The notes: generated by a model from the sequence alone, not told the origin. A stretch of 60,871 nucleotides of DNA from a bacterium (GCA_021815315.1 JAKAHB010000001.1:54580-115450); one strand, 5' to 3'. Positions 1 to 9,483 are shown, numbered from the stretch's first letter. Numbers and translations are program-made.

Positions 1-745
1 CCCCGAGGAGATTGATTAGGCCAGCGCTTAATTTCTGGATTGTTTTGGCCAAGGGGCCGACTTGGATCCGGAGGGTGTTGTATTCCAGCGGCCAAGGAAA
101 CCCGCCAACGAAGCTTTTTATCCATAAATTATTTTTTCTAAAATCACCAAAAACACCTGGTTGATTATCAAGCAGAGGCGTTAAACGCGAGTATTCTTGA
201 CCGGCGTGAAAATCGTGCGGTTTTATTTCAGGAGAAATTTCAAGTTTATCTTCGCCGATGAAACAGTTAAGACAGATTTTATCTTTGGTTTTTTGTCCGT
301 GACGACGGCAACCAAGCAAAGAAGTAACCGCTATTAACAAAGTCCGGCAAAGCCAGAGTCTGTCTTTTTTGGTAACTACCAAAAAGTCAAAGTCTGAGCT
401 TTCTTTTGAATTATCAATGTTAAAAGAGCCGCTCAAACAAATGAGCCTAACAAAAGGCAGGAATTTCAGCCAATGAAGCTTTGCCTTTAATAGCCGCCTC
501 TTTTTAATAGCCAGCTTTTGTTTGGCTATTCTGGCTTTGGCCAAGCGTTCTTCACCGGGCAGAAAATAAAAACCGCTCAAAGCGGCGATCTTTCCTCTCT
601 CCAGAAGCCTATTTATGGCTAAGTCCAGTTCTGAAATACCAGGCTTGCGCGGAGAGGCAAAAAATTTGACTATTTCCGTGAAGGTAAGCGGATAGTCGTT
701 GATGCTATAATAGGCAATCGTTACAAAAGCATCCTTCTCTGACAT
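1..745 (-). CDS. Nucleotidyltransferase-fold protein; C-terminus lies beyond the window edge
   Basis: Absent from the ORF track because it runs off the window. My translation from the ATG at 745 gives MSEKDAFVTIAYYSINDYPLTF...CLSGSFNIDNSKESSDFDFLVVTKKDRLW. This contains a G-S...D-x-D minimal nucleotidyltransferase signature. Confidence 0.5.
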   Translation of the reverse strand, partial: MSEKDAFVTIAYYSINDYPLTFTEIVKFFASPRKPGISELDLAINRLLERGKIAALSGFYFLPGEERLAKARIAKQKLAIKKRRLLKAKLHWLKFLPFVRLICLSGSFNIDNSKESSDFDFLVVTKKDRLWLCRTLLIAVTSLLGCRRHGQKTKDKICLNCFIGEDKLEISPEIKPHDFHAGQEYSRLTPLLDNQPGVFGDFRKNNLWIKSFVGGFPWPLEYNTLRIQVGPLAKTIQKLSAGLINLLG

Positions 746-749
746 GCGT

Positions 750-2294
750 TTAAAGCTTTTCCAGCATTCTGTCCAAGCTGGCAAAAGCGCTTTCTCGCGA
801 AGTGGTAATCAAAAGTAATCCGTCAACGATGACATAATCAAGACTTAAACTGGGGTCGGAAAAATTTTGATATTTGACCAGGGTTCCGCGATAAAAATTT
901 TCCTGAAAGGATTCCGTTTGGGGTTGCCCGATATTTTTGTCTAAAAAAAGCACCGGCAAATCATTGACTAGCGTTTTTTCCCAAGACAATAAGGCTTTTT
1001 GCAACTGTTCTTTGTCTTTAATGGAAACAACCAAAAGAAGCCTTTTATTGGCGGTAAAGTCTTGTTCCTGGAAAGGAGAAGCTTGGTCGCCCTGCTTTTG
1101 TTGATAAACCAAGAGATTGTAGTCGTCGGCCAAGTTTGCCCGGACATCTTGGGGCATGGAGTTGCCAAAACCGGCTAAAAATTCATCAAGGGTGAGATAA
1201 GACTCCTTAACGTCTACCACCTTTTTGATAAAAATATTTTTAAAATACCCCTCCCTGATCTCTTTGGCCAAGGCCGATTTTAACGATTGACGCAATTCTT
1301 CTTTATCGGTGTAATTCAGCGTTTCTTCAAATTGTCCGGAAATAAGTTTTTTTGGAGGCGAGGCGGGAACAACGCTGGGATTTTTGGCTGGGGGCGGCGT
1401 TGTTTGGTTACTTTTTCCTTGAAAATAGAAAATGGCGGCAGCCGCTATCCCGACAACCAAAACCACTAGAGAAAGGGCAAAAATAATTTTGGACCAATCC
1501 AGCGAAGTTTGACGGGTTGTTGGAGCGGCGGAAGGAGCAAAACCTTTTTTTTCTTCTTCTTCAAAGGGGGCTCTTTGGGGCGGCTTTGTCGCGGGAAAGG
1601 GCTGAGGTGAAGCGGGAAGAGTTGGGCGAGGAGTCGGTGGTTCAATCACCAACGAAGAGGAAAGCGGTTTTGGGGAAACTGCCGCTGGAGGCATTTTTTG
1701 AACAGAGATCTTTTTTTGGGCTTTTTTTAGAGCTCCTTTAGCCTTGAATCTTAAGAAGAAAGATGCCCGGGGGCTATTAACGACTCGAGCTAGCTGTTCG
1801 GCGGCTTCCGGGTAGAAGTTTTTTTGATACAAAGAAACTCCTTCTGCAAAGAAAGTTTCCAGTTCCTGTTTCTCTTTTTGGACGGGTGTTGGCTGTGGCG
1901 ACTCTTTTCTTATAACTGGCCTTGAGGGCTCTATTATCGGAGCCGGCTCTTTTTTGATAACATCGGCCTTTATTTGGGGCAGGCCGAAGGACGTTACGGC
2001 CGGAGGCGATTTTTTTGGAGGAGACGGAAGAGCTGGGGCCGACATTCCGGAGTAAACAGGCGGGGGCGGCGATGGAATCGGTCTGGCGGCAACAGGAGCT
2101 GGCTGGGCCGTTACTTTTGGTCCGATGCCAGGTTTTTCGGACATTTCTAAATCCTTCTCCATGGTTTTTATTTCCATGACAGGCAGGTTTTGCGGAGGAG
2201 CGCTAAAATCTTTTTTCCCTCCCGGATTTGGGACTTTAGTTATTTGACTGTTTTGAGTCTCCATTATCGTTATTTGGATTACCGCCTTGAGCAT
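750..2294 (-). CDS. Proline-rich single-pass membrane protein, function unknown
   Basis: 514-aa ORF. The N-terminal half is Pro/Ser/Ala-rich, followed by one TM (IIFALSLVVLVVGIAAAAIFYF) and a ~230-aa C-terminal domain. The annotated start overlaps the pnp 3' end by 59 nt, so an internal ATG near 2177 may be the true start. Confidence 0.5.
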   Translation of the reverse strand: MLKAVIQITIMETQNSQITKVPNPGGKKDFSAPPQNLPVMEIKTMEKDLEMSEKPGIGPKVTAQPAPVAARPIPSPPPPVYSGMSAPALPSPPKKSPPAVTSFGLPQIKADVIKKEPAPIIEPSRPVIRKESPQPTPVQKEKQELETFFAEGVSLYQKNFYPEAAEQLARVVNSPRASFFLRFKAKGALKKAQKKISVQKMPPAAVSPKPLSSSLVIEPPTPRPTLPASPQPFPATKPPQRAPFEEEEKKGFAPSAAPTTRQTSLDWSKIIFALSLVVLVVGIAAAAIFYFQGKSNQTTPPPAKNPSVVPASPPKKLISGQFEETLNYTDKEELRQSLKSALAKEIREGYFKNIFIKKVVDVKESYLTLDEFLAGFGNSMPQDVRANLADDYNLLVYQQKQGDQASPFQEQDFTANKRLLLVVSIKDKEQLQKALLSWEKTLVNDLPVLFLDKNIGQPQTESFQENFYRGTLVKYQNFSDPSLSLDYVIVDGLLLITTSRESAFASLDRMLEKL

Positions 2295-4389
2295 CTTTCA
2301 AGGAAAGATTGATTCTTCCTTGGTCGTCAATGTCTTTTACTTTGACGGGGACCACGTCTCCGATTTTAACCACATCTTCAACTTTAGCCACTCGGTAATT
2401 TGCCAGCTCGGAAATGTGGATTAGCCCTTCTTGTCCCGGTAAAATTTCCGCAAAAGCGCCAAAAGTAAGAATGCGGGTTATTCTACCCTGAAAAAGTTCT
2501 CCCCGTTGGACTTCATGGGTAAGATTTTTTATCCAATCAATTGCTTTTTTAGCCGCTTCATCGCTCTTTGAGGTTATAACCACCAAACCTGTATCTTCTA
2601 TGTCTATTGTAACACCGGTTTCGTCAATTATGTTGTTGATAACTTTTCCTCCCGGCCCGATTACGGTTCTGATTTTATCGGGATTTATTTGGAGCGTATA
2701 GATGCGCGGCGCCCAGGGCGAGAGATCCGGTCTGGGGGCGGCAATTATCTGTTTCATTTTTTCTAAAATAAACAGTCTGGCCTGTTTTCCTTTTTGCAGG
2801 GTCTGAGCCAGCATCTGTTGGCTTATCCCCTCAATCTTCACATCCATTTGGATAGCAGTGATGCCCGCCTCCGTTCCAGCCACTTTCAGGTCCATATCGC
2901 CATAGTGGTCTTCCGGCCCTTGAATGTCGGTTAAAATTTCATAGTTTTCCCCTTCCATCATCAGCCCCAGGGCAATTCCGGCTACCGGTTTTTTGATGGG
3001 GACGCCAGCGTCCATCAAGGCCAAGCTGGAGCCGCAGGTTGAAGCCATGGACGAAGAGCCGTTGGAAGAGAGAATCTCTGAAACCACTCGGATGGTGTAA
3101 GGAAAGATTTCTTTCTCGGGTAAAACCGGTATCAACGCTTTTTCGGCCAGATGGCCGTGGCCAATATCACGGCGAGCTGGGCCAACCATTCTTTTGACTT
3201 CTCCGGTAGAAAAGGGTAGGAAATTATAGTGATGAAAATATCTTTTTGTTTGCTCCAGGGTTTCCATGCCATCTAGTAACTGAATGTCGCCGGGTCCGCC
3301 CAGAGTTACGACTGAAAGGGCTTGGGTTTGTCCGCGCTTGAACAAGGCAGAGCCGTGGGTGCGCGGCAAAATTCCGACTTCCGGCTCCAGGTTTCGAATC
3401 TCATCCAAGCCTCGCCCGTCAACACGAGCCTTTTCTTGTAGGAGCTTTCTGTGGACGAATTGGTTTACCGCTTCCTCAAGGACGTGCAGAGCGTCGGCGG
3501 TGGCTTTGGTTTCCTTCAGCCCCAATTCGGCGGCTTTGCTGGCCACCAATTCAAAGAGAGCCTCTTTAACGGAAGAAAGCTGTTCATTTTTTTCGCTCTT
3601 TTCTTTGGCGAACAGGGCGTCGTTGATTTTGTCTTTTAGAAATTCTTCGGTTAGGCCTTGTATCCCGGGATTGATTTTTTCAATCAGATCGTCTTGCTTT
3701 TGTTTGCCGATTTCACTCTTGATTTGATTTTGAAAGTCAATCATTTTTTGTAACTCCCCCATCATTGTTCCCACCGAGGCTAACAATTGGTCTTCGGTGA
3801 TCTCGTTACCGCCGCTTTCAATCATGTTGATTTTATTGGCGGTTGCGGCGATAACCAAATTTCCTTTGTTTTCTTGTTGTTCCGCAAAACTGGGAGAAAA
3901 AGTCCAGTGGTCGTCTTGGCTTAAGCCGGCCTTTAGGGCGGCGATGGGTCCTTCCCAGGGGATGTCAGAAATCATCAAGGCCAAAGAAGCGGCATTGAGA
4001 GCCAAAATCTCAACATTATTTTTGTTATCCAAAGATAAGGTTGTGATAATGACCTGGATTTCCCGGCGCAAAGAATGATTAAATCGGGGGCGAATAGCGC
4101 GGTCAATCATGCGGCCATAAAGGACGCTTTCTTCGGTGGGTTTGCCTTCCCTTTTCATGAACCGGCTATGCTTGATAAACCCGGCGGCGTAGAGTCTTTC
4201 TTCAAAATCAACTGACAGCGGAAAGAAGTCTATTCCTTCACGATTTTTGTCGGACATAACGCAAGTAGCCAAAACAGCGGTCTCTCCCCATTGGGCGAAA
4301 ACCGCTCCGTTGGCTTGTTCGGCCATCCTGCCAACCTCAAAAATCAAAGGTTGACCAGCGAAGTCCAGAGTATATCTTTTGGTATCCAT
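2236..4389 (-). CDS. pnp: Polyribonucleotide nucleotidyltransferase (PNPase)
   Basis: 717 aa with two RNase PH-like halves, a KH region and a C-terminal S1 domain (GELFQGRITRILTFGAFAEILPGQEGLIHISELA). N-terminus is MDTKRYTLDFAGQPLIFEVGRMAEQANGAV. Confidence 0.95.
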   Translation of the reverse strand: MDTKRYTLDFAGQPLIFEVGRMAEQANGAVFAQWGETAVLATCVMSDKNREGIDFFPLSVDFEERLYAAGFIKHSRFMKREGKPTEESVLYGRMIDRAIRPRFNHSLRREIQVIITTLSLDNKNNVEILALNAASLALMISDIPWEGPIAALKAGLSQDDHWTFSPSFAEQQENKGNLVIAATANKINMIESGGNEITEDQLLASVGTMMGELQKMIDFQNQIKSEIGKQKQDDLIEKINPGIQGLTEEFLKDKINDALFAKEKSEKNEQLSSVKEALFELVASKAAELGLKETKATADALHVLEEAVNQFVHRKLLQEKARVDGRGLDEIRNLEPEVGILPRTHGSALFKRGQTQALSVVTLGGPGDIQLLDGMETLEQTKRYFHHYNFLPFSTGEVKRMVGPARRDIGHGHLAEKALIPVLPEKEIFPYTIRVVSEILSSNGSSSMASTCGSSLALMDAGVPIKKPVAGIALGLMMEGENYEILTDIQGPEDHYGDMDLKVAGTEAGITAIQMDVKIEGISQQMLAQTLQKGKQARLFILEKMKQIIAAPRPDLSPWAPRIYTLQINPDKIRTVIGPGGKVINNIIDETGVTIDIEDTGLVVITSKSDEAAKKAIDWIKNLTHEVQRGELFQGRITRILTFGAFAEILPGQEGLIHISELANYRVAKVEDVVKIGDVVPVKVKDIDDQGRINLSLKDAQGGNPNNDNGDSKQSNN

Positions 4390-4404
4390 TCTAAGTGCGC
4401 GAGC

Positions 4405-4490
4405 GACGAGCCGGAGAAGACTAAGAAGAGAAAGCTGATAAGGACACTTATCTCCTTTCTTCTCCTATCTTTTTCCGGCTAGCTCTCGTC
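4405..4490 (-). promoter_or_regulatory. Long imperfect hairpin in the pnp 5' leader
   Basis: Left arm gacgagccggagaagactaagaagagaaagctgataag pairs with right arm cttatctcctttcttctcctatctttttccggctagctctcgtc. Many mismatches become G-U pairs in RNA. It sits immediately upstream of the pnp ATG. Confidence 0.35.
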
Positions 4491-4494
4491 TGGG

Positions 4495-5043
4495 TTAAGA
4501 TTTATTAAATAACTTGATATTGCTGATTAAAAACTGCCTGGGGTTTTGGCACAAATCAATAAAATCATCCGCTGTTTCTTTCAATTTGCTGGAAGCACTT
4601 TTGCCGAAGGCAATCGCCTCCACTTGTTTGCCCTGGTTTTTCAAATATTCAACTAGGGGAACAAAATCCCCGTCTCCGCTAACCAGCACAATTACGTCCA
4701 GACTGGGAGCTAAACGGATGGCGTCAACGGTAATACCCACATCCCAATCGGCCTTTTTAAGTCCGTCGTAGAAAATTTGCAAGTTTTTATTTTTGGTTTC
4801 TATACCCAAGTGGGTTAAAGCGTCAAAAAAAGCTTTTTCTTCTCCGGATTCTGTTTTAATCACATAGGCAATGGCTCGAACAAGCCTTCTTTTTTCAACG
4901 GCGACTTTTAGAACCTCTTTAAAGTCCACCTTGGCTTTATAAAGATTTTTAGCCGAGTGGTAGAGGTTTTGGACGTCTATTAACACCCCGACTCTTTGTT
5001 CTTTGTGCTTGATGACAGACATAACATGGTTGATAAAGAGCAA
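4495..5043 (-). CDS. NYN-domain (LabA/DUF88-like) putative RNase
   Basis: 182 aa. VGVLIDVQNLYHSAKNLY near the N-terminus and VLVSGDGDFVPLVEYLK are typical of LabA-like NYN domains. Confidence 0.7.
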   Translation of the reverse strand: MLFINHVMSVIKHKEQRVGVLIDVQNLYHSAKNLYKAKVDFKEVLKVAVEKRRLVRAIAYVIKTESGEEKAFFDALTHLGIETKNKNLQIFYDGLKKADWDVGITVDAIRLAPSLDVIVLVSGDGDFVPLVEYLKNQGKQVEAIAFGKSASSKLKETADDFIDLCQNPRQFLISNIKLFNKS

Positions 5044-5077
5044 AAGAGCGCCACTTTAAGGGTGGGGCTCTTTTGGT

Positions 5078-5356
5078 TTATTTCTTAAGGCCTAATTTTT
5101 TGACTACCTTCAAATAGCGTTTCTCGTCAGTTTTTTTGAGATAGTTCAAAAACTTTCTTCTTTGAGATACCATTTGCAACAAGCCGCGTCTGGAATGATT
5201 GTCTTTGGCGTGCTTTTTGAGATGGCGGCTTAGTTCCTCAATTCTCTCGGTCAAGACGGCAATTTGGACGTCGGCGGAGCCGGTGTCGTCTTCGTGGATC
5301 TTAAAATCAGCTATCACTTTTTGCTTTTTCTTCGTGTTTATCATAAAAATGCTCAT
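5078..5356 (-). CDS. rpsO: 30S ribosomal protein S15
   Basis: GSADVQIAVLTERIEELSRHLKKHAKDNHSRRGLLQMVSQRRKFLNYLKK is a canonical S15 core. The start could be the second Met (MINTKK). Confidence 0.9.
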   Translation of the reverse strand: MSIFMINTKKKQKVIADFKIHEDDTGSADVQIAVLTERIEELSRHLKKHAKDNHSRRGLLQMVSQRRKFLNYLKKTDEKRYLKVVKKLGLKK

Positions 5357-5492
5357 CTGCCGGGCGAAGGATTGGCAAACGACGTTTATTAGAATGTCTA
5401 AATACTATCATAAATAATTAATTTTGGCAAGACCCGTTAGAGTTTGCCTTAAGTCTCTTTCCCCAATGCTCATTATGTCGTAAAATATAACT

Positions 5493-6446
5493 ATGACCAT
5501 CAAAGAAGCGGTTGACCAGTATCTGGCCTATATTGAAGTGGAAAAAGGCCGTTCCGCTAAAACCAGCGAGAACTATGGCCGTTATCTGACGCGTTTTGAA
5601 AAATGGCTGGCTGAAGAAGAAAAAAAAGATCCGGCTAAAATGAAAGCCGAGAGCCTGACTTTGGATTCAGCTAGGAAATATCGACTTTTTCTGAATAGAA
5701 CGCTTAATGCCAAGGGCGAACCATTAAAAAAAATTACCCAAAACTACCACGTTATCGCTTTGCGAGGGCTCTTAAAATATTTGGCCAAGATTGACATCAA
5801 AACTTTGCCGGCGGAGCAAGTGGAGCTAGCCAGACAGGACCAGCGGACGGTTGATTTTTTAGAGGAAGAAGACCTGGAAAGATTACTGCAGTCGCCAGAC
5901 AGCCGGACTTTGCGCGGTCTGCGCGATTGCGCCATTTTGGAAACCCTGTTTTCCACCGGATTGCGCGTTTCCGAGCTTTGCGGGCTGAATCGTCATGAAA
6001 TTAACCTGGAAAAAGGAGAATTAAGCGTCCGCGGCAAGGGCGGAAAGGTGCGAGTGGTTTTTTTTTCCGACCGAGCCATTGCTGCCCTACAGCAATATTT
6101 GGCCAAAAGATATGACCTGGACAAAGCTCTGTTTGTGCGCGTTCCCAAAGGCAAGGCCCCGCGATTCAATCAGGGCGACGATTGGCGGCTAACTCCCCGC
6201 TCAATTCAGCGGTTGATAAAAAAGTACGCGATTAAAGCCGGGATTATAGGCAAAAAAGTGACTCCTCATGTGATGCGCCACTCTTTCGGCACCGATTTAC
6301 TGCGATCTGGAGCCGATATCCGTTCCGTGCAAGCCTTGCTGGGACACTCAAACATTTCCACGACCCAAGTTTATACCCATGTGACAGATAAGCATTTAAA
6401 AGAAATCCACGAAGCCTTTCACGGAAGGATGAGAAGGAAAAAATAA
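5493..6446 (+). CDS. Tyrosine recombinase, XerC/XerD family
   Basis: 317 aa with an N-terminal SAM-like domain. The catalytic region reads HVMRHSFGTDLLRSGADIRSVQALLGHSNISTTQVYTHV, giving the R..H-x-x-R..Y pattern. Confidence 0.85.
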   Translation: MTIKEAVDQYLAYIEVEKGRSAKTSENYGRYLTRFEKWLAEEEKKDPAKMKAESLTLDSARKYRLFLNRTLNAKGEPLKKITQNYHVIALRGLLKYLAKIDIKTLPAEQVELARQDQRTVDFLEEEDLERLLQSPDSRTLRGLRDCAILETLFSTGLRVSELCGLNRHEINLEKGELSVRGKGGKVRVVFFSDRAIAALQQYLAKRYDLDKALFVRVPKGKAPRFNQGDDWRLTPRSIQRLIKKYAIKAGIIGKKVTPHVMRHSFGTDLLRSGADIRSVQALLGHSNISTTQVYTHVTDKHLKEIHEAFHGRMRRKK

Positions 6447-6477
6447 TTTTTTTTGGCACAGGTCGTTGTTGGTTGAT

Positions 6478-6551
6478 TGGTCGGGCTGCTGGGAATCGAA
6501 CCCAGTCTACCTGCTCCCAAAGCAGGCGTACTGCCGGTATACTACAGCCCG
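6478..6551 (-). tRNA. tRNA-Pro (anticodon TGG), CCA encoded
   Basis: Hand fold: acceptor CGGGCTG/CAGCCCG, T-arm CTGGG-aatcgaa-CCCAG seen on plus, anticodon stem CCTGC/GCAGG, loop UUUGGGA. Confidence 0.85.
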
Positions 6552-6733
6552 TTAGACGAATTTTTGATTTTAAATTCTAAATTTTAATTGAAGTCTAAAT
6601 AACAAAATTTTAAAGCGGCCCTTTTCGCGCGCCGACTCTCCTGCTATTTTCTGATTTTAAAATAAAGCATGCCGAAAAGCAAGAAAAAAAGCGTGTTTTT
6701 GACTGAATTTTTTCCCAAAAGGCGCCAGATTTA

Positions 6734-6762
6734 TTGACTCTCCGCTTGGTTTGACTTATATT
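6734..6762 (+). promoter_or_regulatory. Sigma70-like promoter for the tRNA-Arg/Lys/Gly cluster
   Basis: TTGACT (6734-6739), 17-nt spacer, TATATT (6757-6762), about 45 nt upstream of tRNA-Arg(TCT). Confidence 0.45.
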
Positions 6763-6805
6763 TAAAAGCGGTATCAAAGACTATTCTTGCGTCCCCGCGT
6801 CAGGA

Positions 6806-6879
6806 GTCCCCGTAGCTCATTTGGATAGAGCGACTGCCTTCTAAGCAGTAGGTAGCAGGTTCGAATCCTGCCGGGGACG
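6806..6879 (+). tRNA. tRNA-Arg (anticodon TCT)
   Basis: Acceptor GTCCCCG/CGGGGAC, anticodon stem ACTGC/GCAGT with loop CTTCTAA, T-arm GCAGG-TTCGAAT-CCTGC. Confidence 0.85.
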
Positions 6880-6927
6880 CTTACAAAATTTAAGAGCGGA
6901 GAACAGTGTGAGGCTTAAATATCATTT

Positions 6928-7000
6928 GCCCCGTTAGCTCAGTTGGTAGAGCAGTTGCCTCTTAAGCAAACGGTCGGGGGTTCGAATCCCTCACGGGGCA
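6928..7000 (+). tRNA. tRNA-Lys (anticodon CTT)
   Basis: Acceptor GCCCCGT/ACGGGGC, D-arm AGCTCAGTTGGTAGAGC, anticodon loop CTCTTAA, T-arm GGGGG-TTCGAAT-CCCTC. Confidence 0.85.
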
Positions 7001-7006
7001 CTTTTT

Positions 7007-7077
7007 GCGGGAGTAACACAGTGGTAGTGTGTCAGCCTTCCAAGCTGAATATGCGGGTCCGATTCCCGTCTCCCGCT
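7007..7077 (+). tRNA. tRNA-Gly (anticodon TCC)
   Basis: Acceptor GCGGGAG/CTCCCGC, anticodon stem TCAGC/GCTGA with loop CTTCCAA. Confidence 0.85.
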
Positions 7078-7132
7078 CATTTACCCGGCAAATAGCAGAC
7101 GGCAAAAGTTAACTGATTGAATGACCAGTACC

Positions 7133-7158
7133 AAAACCGCCCGAGAGGGCGGTTTTTT
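7133..7158 (+). terminator. Rho-independent terminator after the tRNA cluster
   Basis: aaaaCCGCCCgagaGGGCGGtttttt. Confidence 0.7.
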
Positions 7159-7226
7159 GGTCGGCAAAACTATTTTTTGCCTGGCGAAAGATTAAAAGGC
7201 GGAATCGGAGAACTGCCCCAAAACCA

Positions 7227-7255
7227 TTGACATTTGAGGCTGGTTGTGATAATAT
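7227..7255 (+). promoter_or_regulatory. Sigma70-like promoter of the 3D-domain gene
   Basis: TTGACA (7227-7232), 17-nt spacer, TAATAT preceded by TG. Confidence 0.45.
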
Positions 7256-7296
7256 AATACATTCTCCAAAAAGGGAGAATAAGCAAAAACAAACTT

Positions 7297-7908
7297 ATGA
7301 AAAACCAAAAAAATAGCGAATTTTTCAGTAGAAAAAACATCGCTGGTGCAATCGGTTTGTTCTCTGTCATCTCAATCCCCGTCTCCGGATTCAACCCCCT
7401 CGCGGATAACAATAGCGCCGCCCTTGCTTCCATGGAACAAGTGTCCACTAGCTCTCCCTTGGAGAACTACCTTGATTCTTCTCAATTGCAGAGAGAAGAA
7501 ACGGAGCAACCTTTGTTAGCGGTCCAGGATAATGCTCTGGTGGCTTATGCTGTCGCCAATCAAAGTGGCCAGAACCGGTCTGAGATCAAAAAACCTTCCT
7601 TGGCTGTAACGACCAAGAAAGTTCCCGGTAGAGTTGAAATGACCGCCTATTCTTCAACTCCGGACCAGACTGACAGTTCGCCGTTTATCACCGCCAATGG
7701 CACCCATGTCCATGAAGGAACCCTGGCCTGCAACTTTTTGCCCTTTGGCACTAAAGTTAAAATTCCCGAATACTTTGGCGATAGAATCTTTATCGTTGAA
7801 GATAGAATGGCCGTCAGGTTTTCAAACCGTATGGACGTTTGGTTCCCAAACAGATCCGATGCGATGCAATTTGGAGTTAGACAGCTGGCCTATGAGGTCG
7901 TGGAATAA
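7297..7908 (+). CDS. Secreted 3D-domain (RlpA/MltA-like double-psi beta-barrel) cell-wall protein
   Basis: Has an N-terminal signal/TM segment. The C-terminus RVEMTAYSSTPDQTDSSPFITANGTHVHEGTLACNFLPFGTKVKIPEYFGDRIFIVEDRM...MDVWF matches the 3D domain pattern. Confidence 0.7.
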   Translation: MKNQKNSEFFSRKNIAGAIGLFSVISIPVSGFNPLADNNSAALASMEQVSTSSPLENYLDSSQLQREETEQPLLAVQDNALVAYAVANQSGQNRSEIKKPSLAVTTKKVPGRVEMTAYSSTPDQTDSSPFITANGTHVHEGTLACNFLPFGTKVKIPEYFGDRIFIVEDRMAVRFSNRMDVWFPNRSDAMQFGVRQLAYEVVE

Positions 7909-7934
7909 TGGCTTAAAAATCTTGAACCGAAAGA

Positions 7935-7972
7935 TAAAAAAACACCCGCCCCAAAAAGGCGGGTGTTTTTTT
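7935..7972. terminator. Bidirectional terminator hairpin
   Basis: aaaaaaaCACCCGCCccaaaaaGGCGGGTGttttttt, with an A-run before and a T-run after. Confidence 0.65.
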
Positions 7973-7983
7973 GGGGAAAGAAA

Positions 7984-8007
7984 TAAAAAACCCACGCGTG
8001 GCGTGGG
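7984..8007 (-). terminator. Terminator downstream of pyrE
   Basis: The minus strand reads CCCACGC-CAC-GCGTGGG followed by TTTTTTATTT. Confidence 0.55.
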
Positions 8008-8029
8008 CCGGGTCGCTTTCGCGAACCCG

Positions 8030-8716
8030 TTAGAGGCCGAGGTAGGAGATGATCTCGGCATAGGTGCTGTCCTGGATGAGCCCCTCTTCCAGATAGAGGT
8101 CCAGAACCTCCTTGATGGTGAAGGCGGTCATGACCCGGTAGCCGCGCTCTTGGAGTTCCTGGACGCCGCCCTGCAGGCGGTCCACCAGAACGACCAGCCC
8201 GGAAACCACGAGGCTGGCGGCCTCTATGGCCTGGATGGCTTCCAACTTGGTCAGGGCGTGGGTAACCAAGTCGTCCGCCAAGAGGACGCTCATGCCGGGC
8301 CGAAGGCGGGGGTCGGGGTTGACTCGGGCAATGCGCCGGCCATCGGGGCCGGTTTCTTTGGCCAGGGTGATCAAGGGTTTGCCCGGGAACCAGCGCCCTT
8401 GGAGATGCCGGGCGATGGGGTTGCCGGCATTGGGAATACCGGCGATGAAATCAAAATCGAGGCTCCAGCCGTAGCCGGAGTCCACGACGACGTCGGCCAA
8501 GGTTTCGCCGATGTCGTACAAGACACCGTCCGTGAGCGGCCCGGGCTTGGGGTTGTCGGGAGTCCGCAGGTTGAGGTAGAAGGGCGAAAGCGGGGCGGTT
8601 GGGTCTTTCTCGTGCAATTTCAGTTTGAAGCCCAAACCGCCCGGTGACTGCTCTTTGGTCTGGATGGCGCCGATTTTCAACAGGCGCCGAGCCAGGCTTT
8701 CTTGGAGAGTTTTCAT
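8030..8716 (-). CDS. pyrE: Orotate phosphoribosyltransferase-like PRTase (high-GC)
   Basis: The N-terminus LLKIGAIQT...LSPFYLNLR resembles OPRTase. A PRPP loop is present (VLLADDLVTHALTK) but lacks the canonical TTGG. The ORF lies in a high-GC block with many shadow ORFs. Confidence 0.6.
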   Translation of the reverse strand: MKTLQESLARRLLKIGAIQTKEQSPGGLGFKLKLHEKDPTAPLSPFYLNLRTPDNPKPGPLTDGVLYDIGETLADVVVDSGYGWSLDFDFIAGIPNAGNPIARHLQGRWFPGKPLITLAKETGPDGRRIARVNPDPRLRPGMSVLLADDLVTHALTKLEAIQAIEAASLVVSGLVVLVDRLQGGVQELQERGYRVMTAFTIKEVLDLYLEEGLIQDSTYAEIISYLGL

Positions 8717-8730
8717 GGCTTGCCCTTTCT

Positions 8731-9483
8731 TTAGGCGTTGCGGGCTTCAAGGCCCTGGGTGATCTCCTCAACGATAAGCCGAGCCATATCGGCGCAACTC
8801 TTGCCCTCTTGAGGCTTGCTGATAGCCCGCCCGACGACGATGGCGTCGACGTCTTTTTCGATGGCCTCGGCCGGAGTCATTGTCCGGCGTTGGTCGTTTT
8901 GGGGTTGGCCGGGAAGTCGGATGGCCGGGGTGATTTTGATGAGCCCCTTGAGCTCGGGGTAGTCCCGGAACATCTCCAGCTCTTGGGGAGAGCAAATGAT
9001 GCCGTCGGCCCCGCCCAAAACCAGATTGCGGGCACAGTAAAGGACCTGGGCTCGGACTGAACGCCCCAGTAAAAGTTCGGCCTCCACCGGGTCAATGGAG
9101 GTGAGGACGCTCACACCCAACAAGATGGCCCTACCCTTGTTTTGGGCGGCGGCCCGGATAGCCGCCAGGCTGTTGTCGGCGTGGATGTTGATCATGCTGG
9201 CTCCTTGGGCGACAGCCGCTTTTATGGTTGCGCCCACGGTGTTGGGAATGTCCTTGGCCTTGATGTCCAGGAACCAGGGAGCTTCGAAGTCTCCCAGGAT
9301 AGCGGCCATGCGGGGGACGCCTGCGGCCGCGATAAGTTCCAGGCCGACTTTGAACAAGCCGACCTCGTCTTTGAGCTCCGCGATAAGAGAGATCGCTTCG
9401 GCGGAGGTTGGGACGTCCAAGGCAAAGATCAGCCGATCCTTGGGCTCCTTGAACAACTCACTTTTGTGCGAGGCAATTTGCAT
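8731..9483 (-). CDS. pyrF: Orotidine 5'-phosphate decarboxylase (high-GC)
   Basis: Carries DRLIFALDVP, FKVGLEL and FLDIKAKDIPNTV, the D-x-K-x-x-D-I-P-N-T signature of OMP decarboxylase. Confidence 0.8.
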   Translation of the reverse strand: MQIASHKSELFKEPKDRLIFALDVPTSAEAISLIAELKDEVGLFKVGLELIAAAGVPRMAAILGDFEAPWFLDIKAKDIPNTVGATIKAAVAQGASMINIHADNSLAAIRAAAQNKGRAILLGVSVLTSIDPVEAELLLGRSVRAQVLYCARNLVLGGADGIICSPQELEMFRDYPELKGLIKITPAIRLPGQPQNDQRRTMTPAEAIEKDVDAIVVGRAISKPQEGKSCADMARLIVEEITQGLEARNA

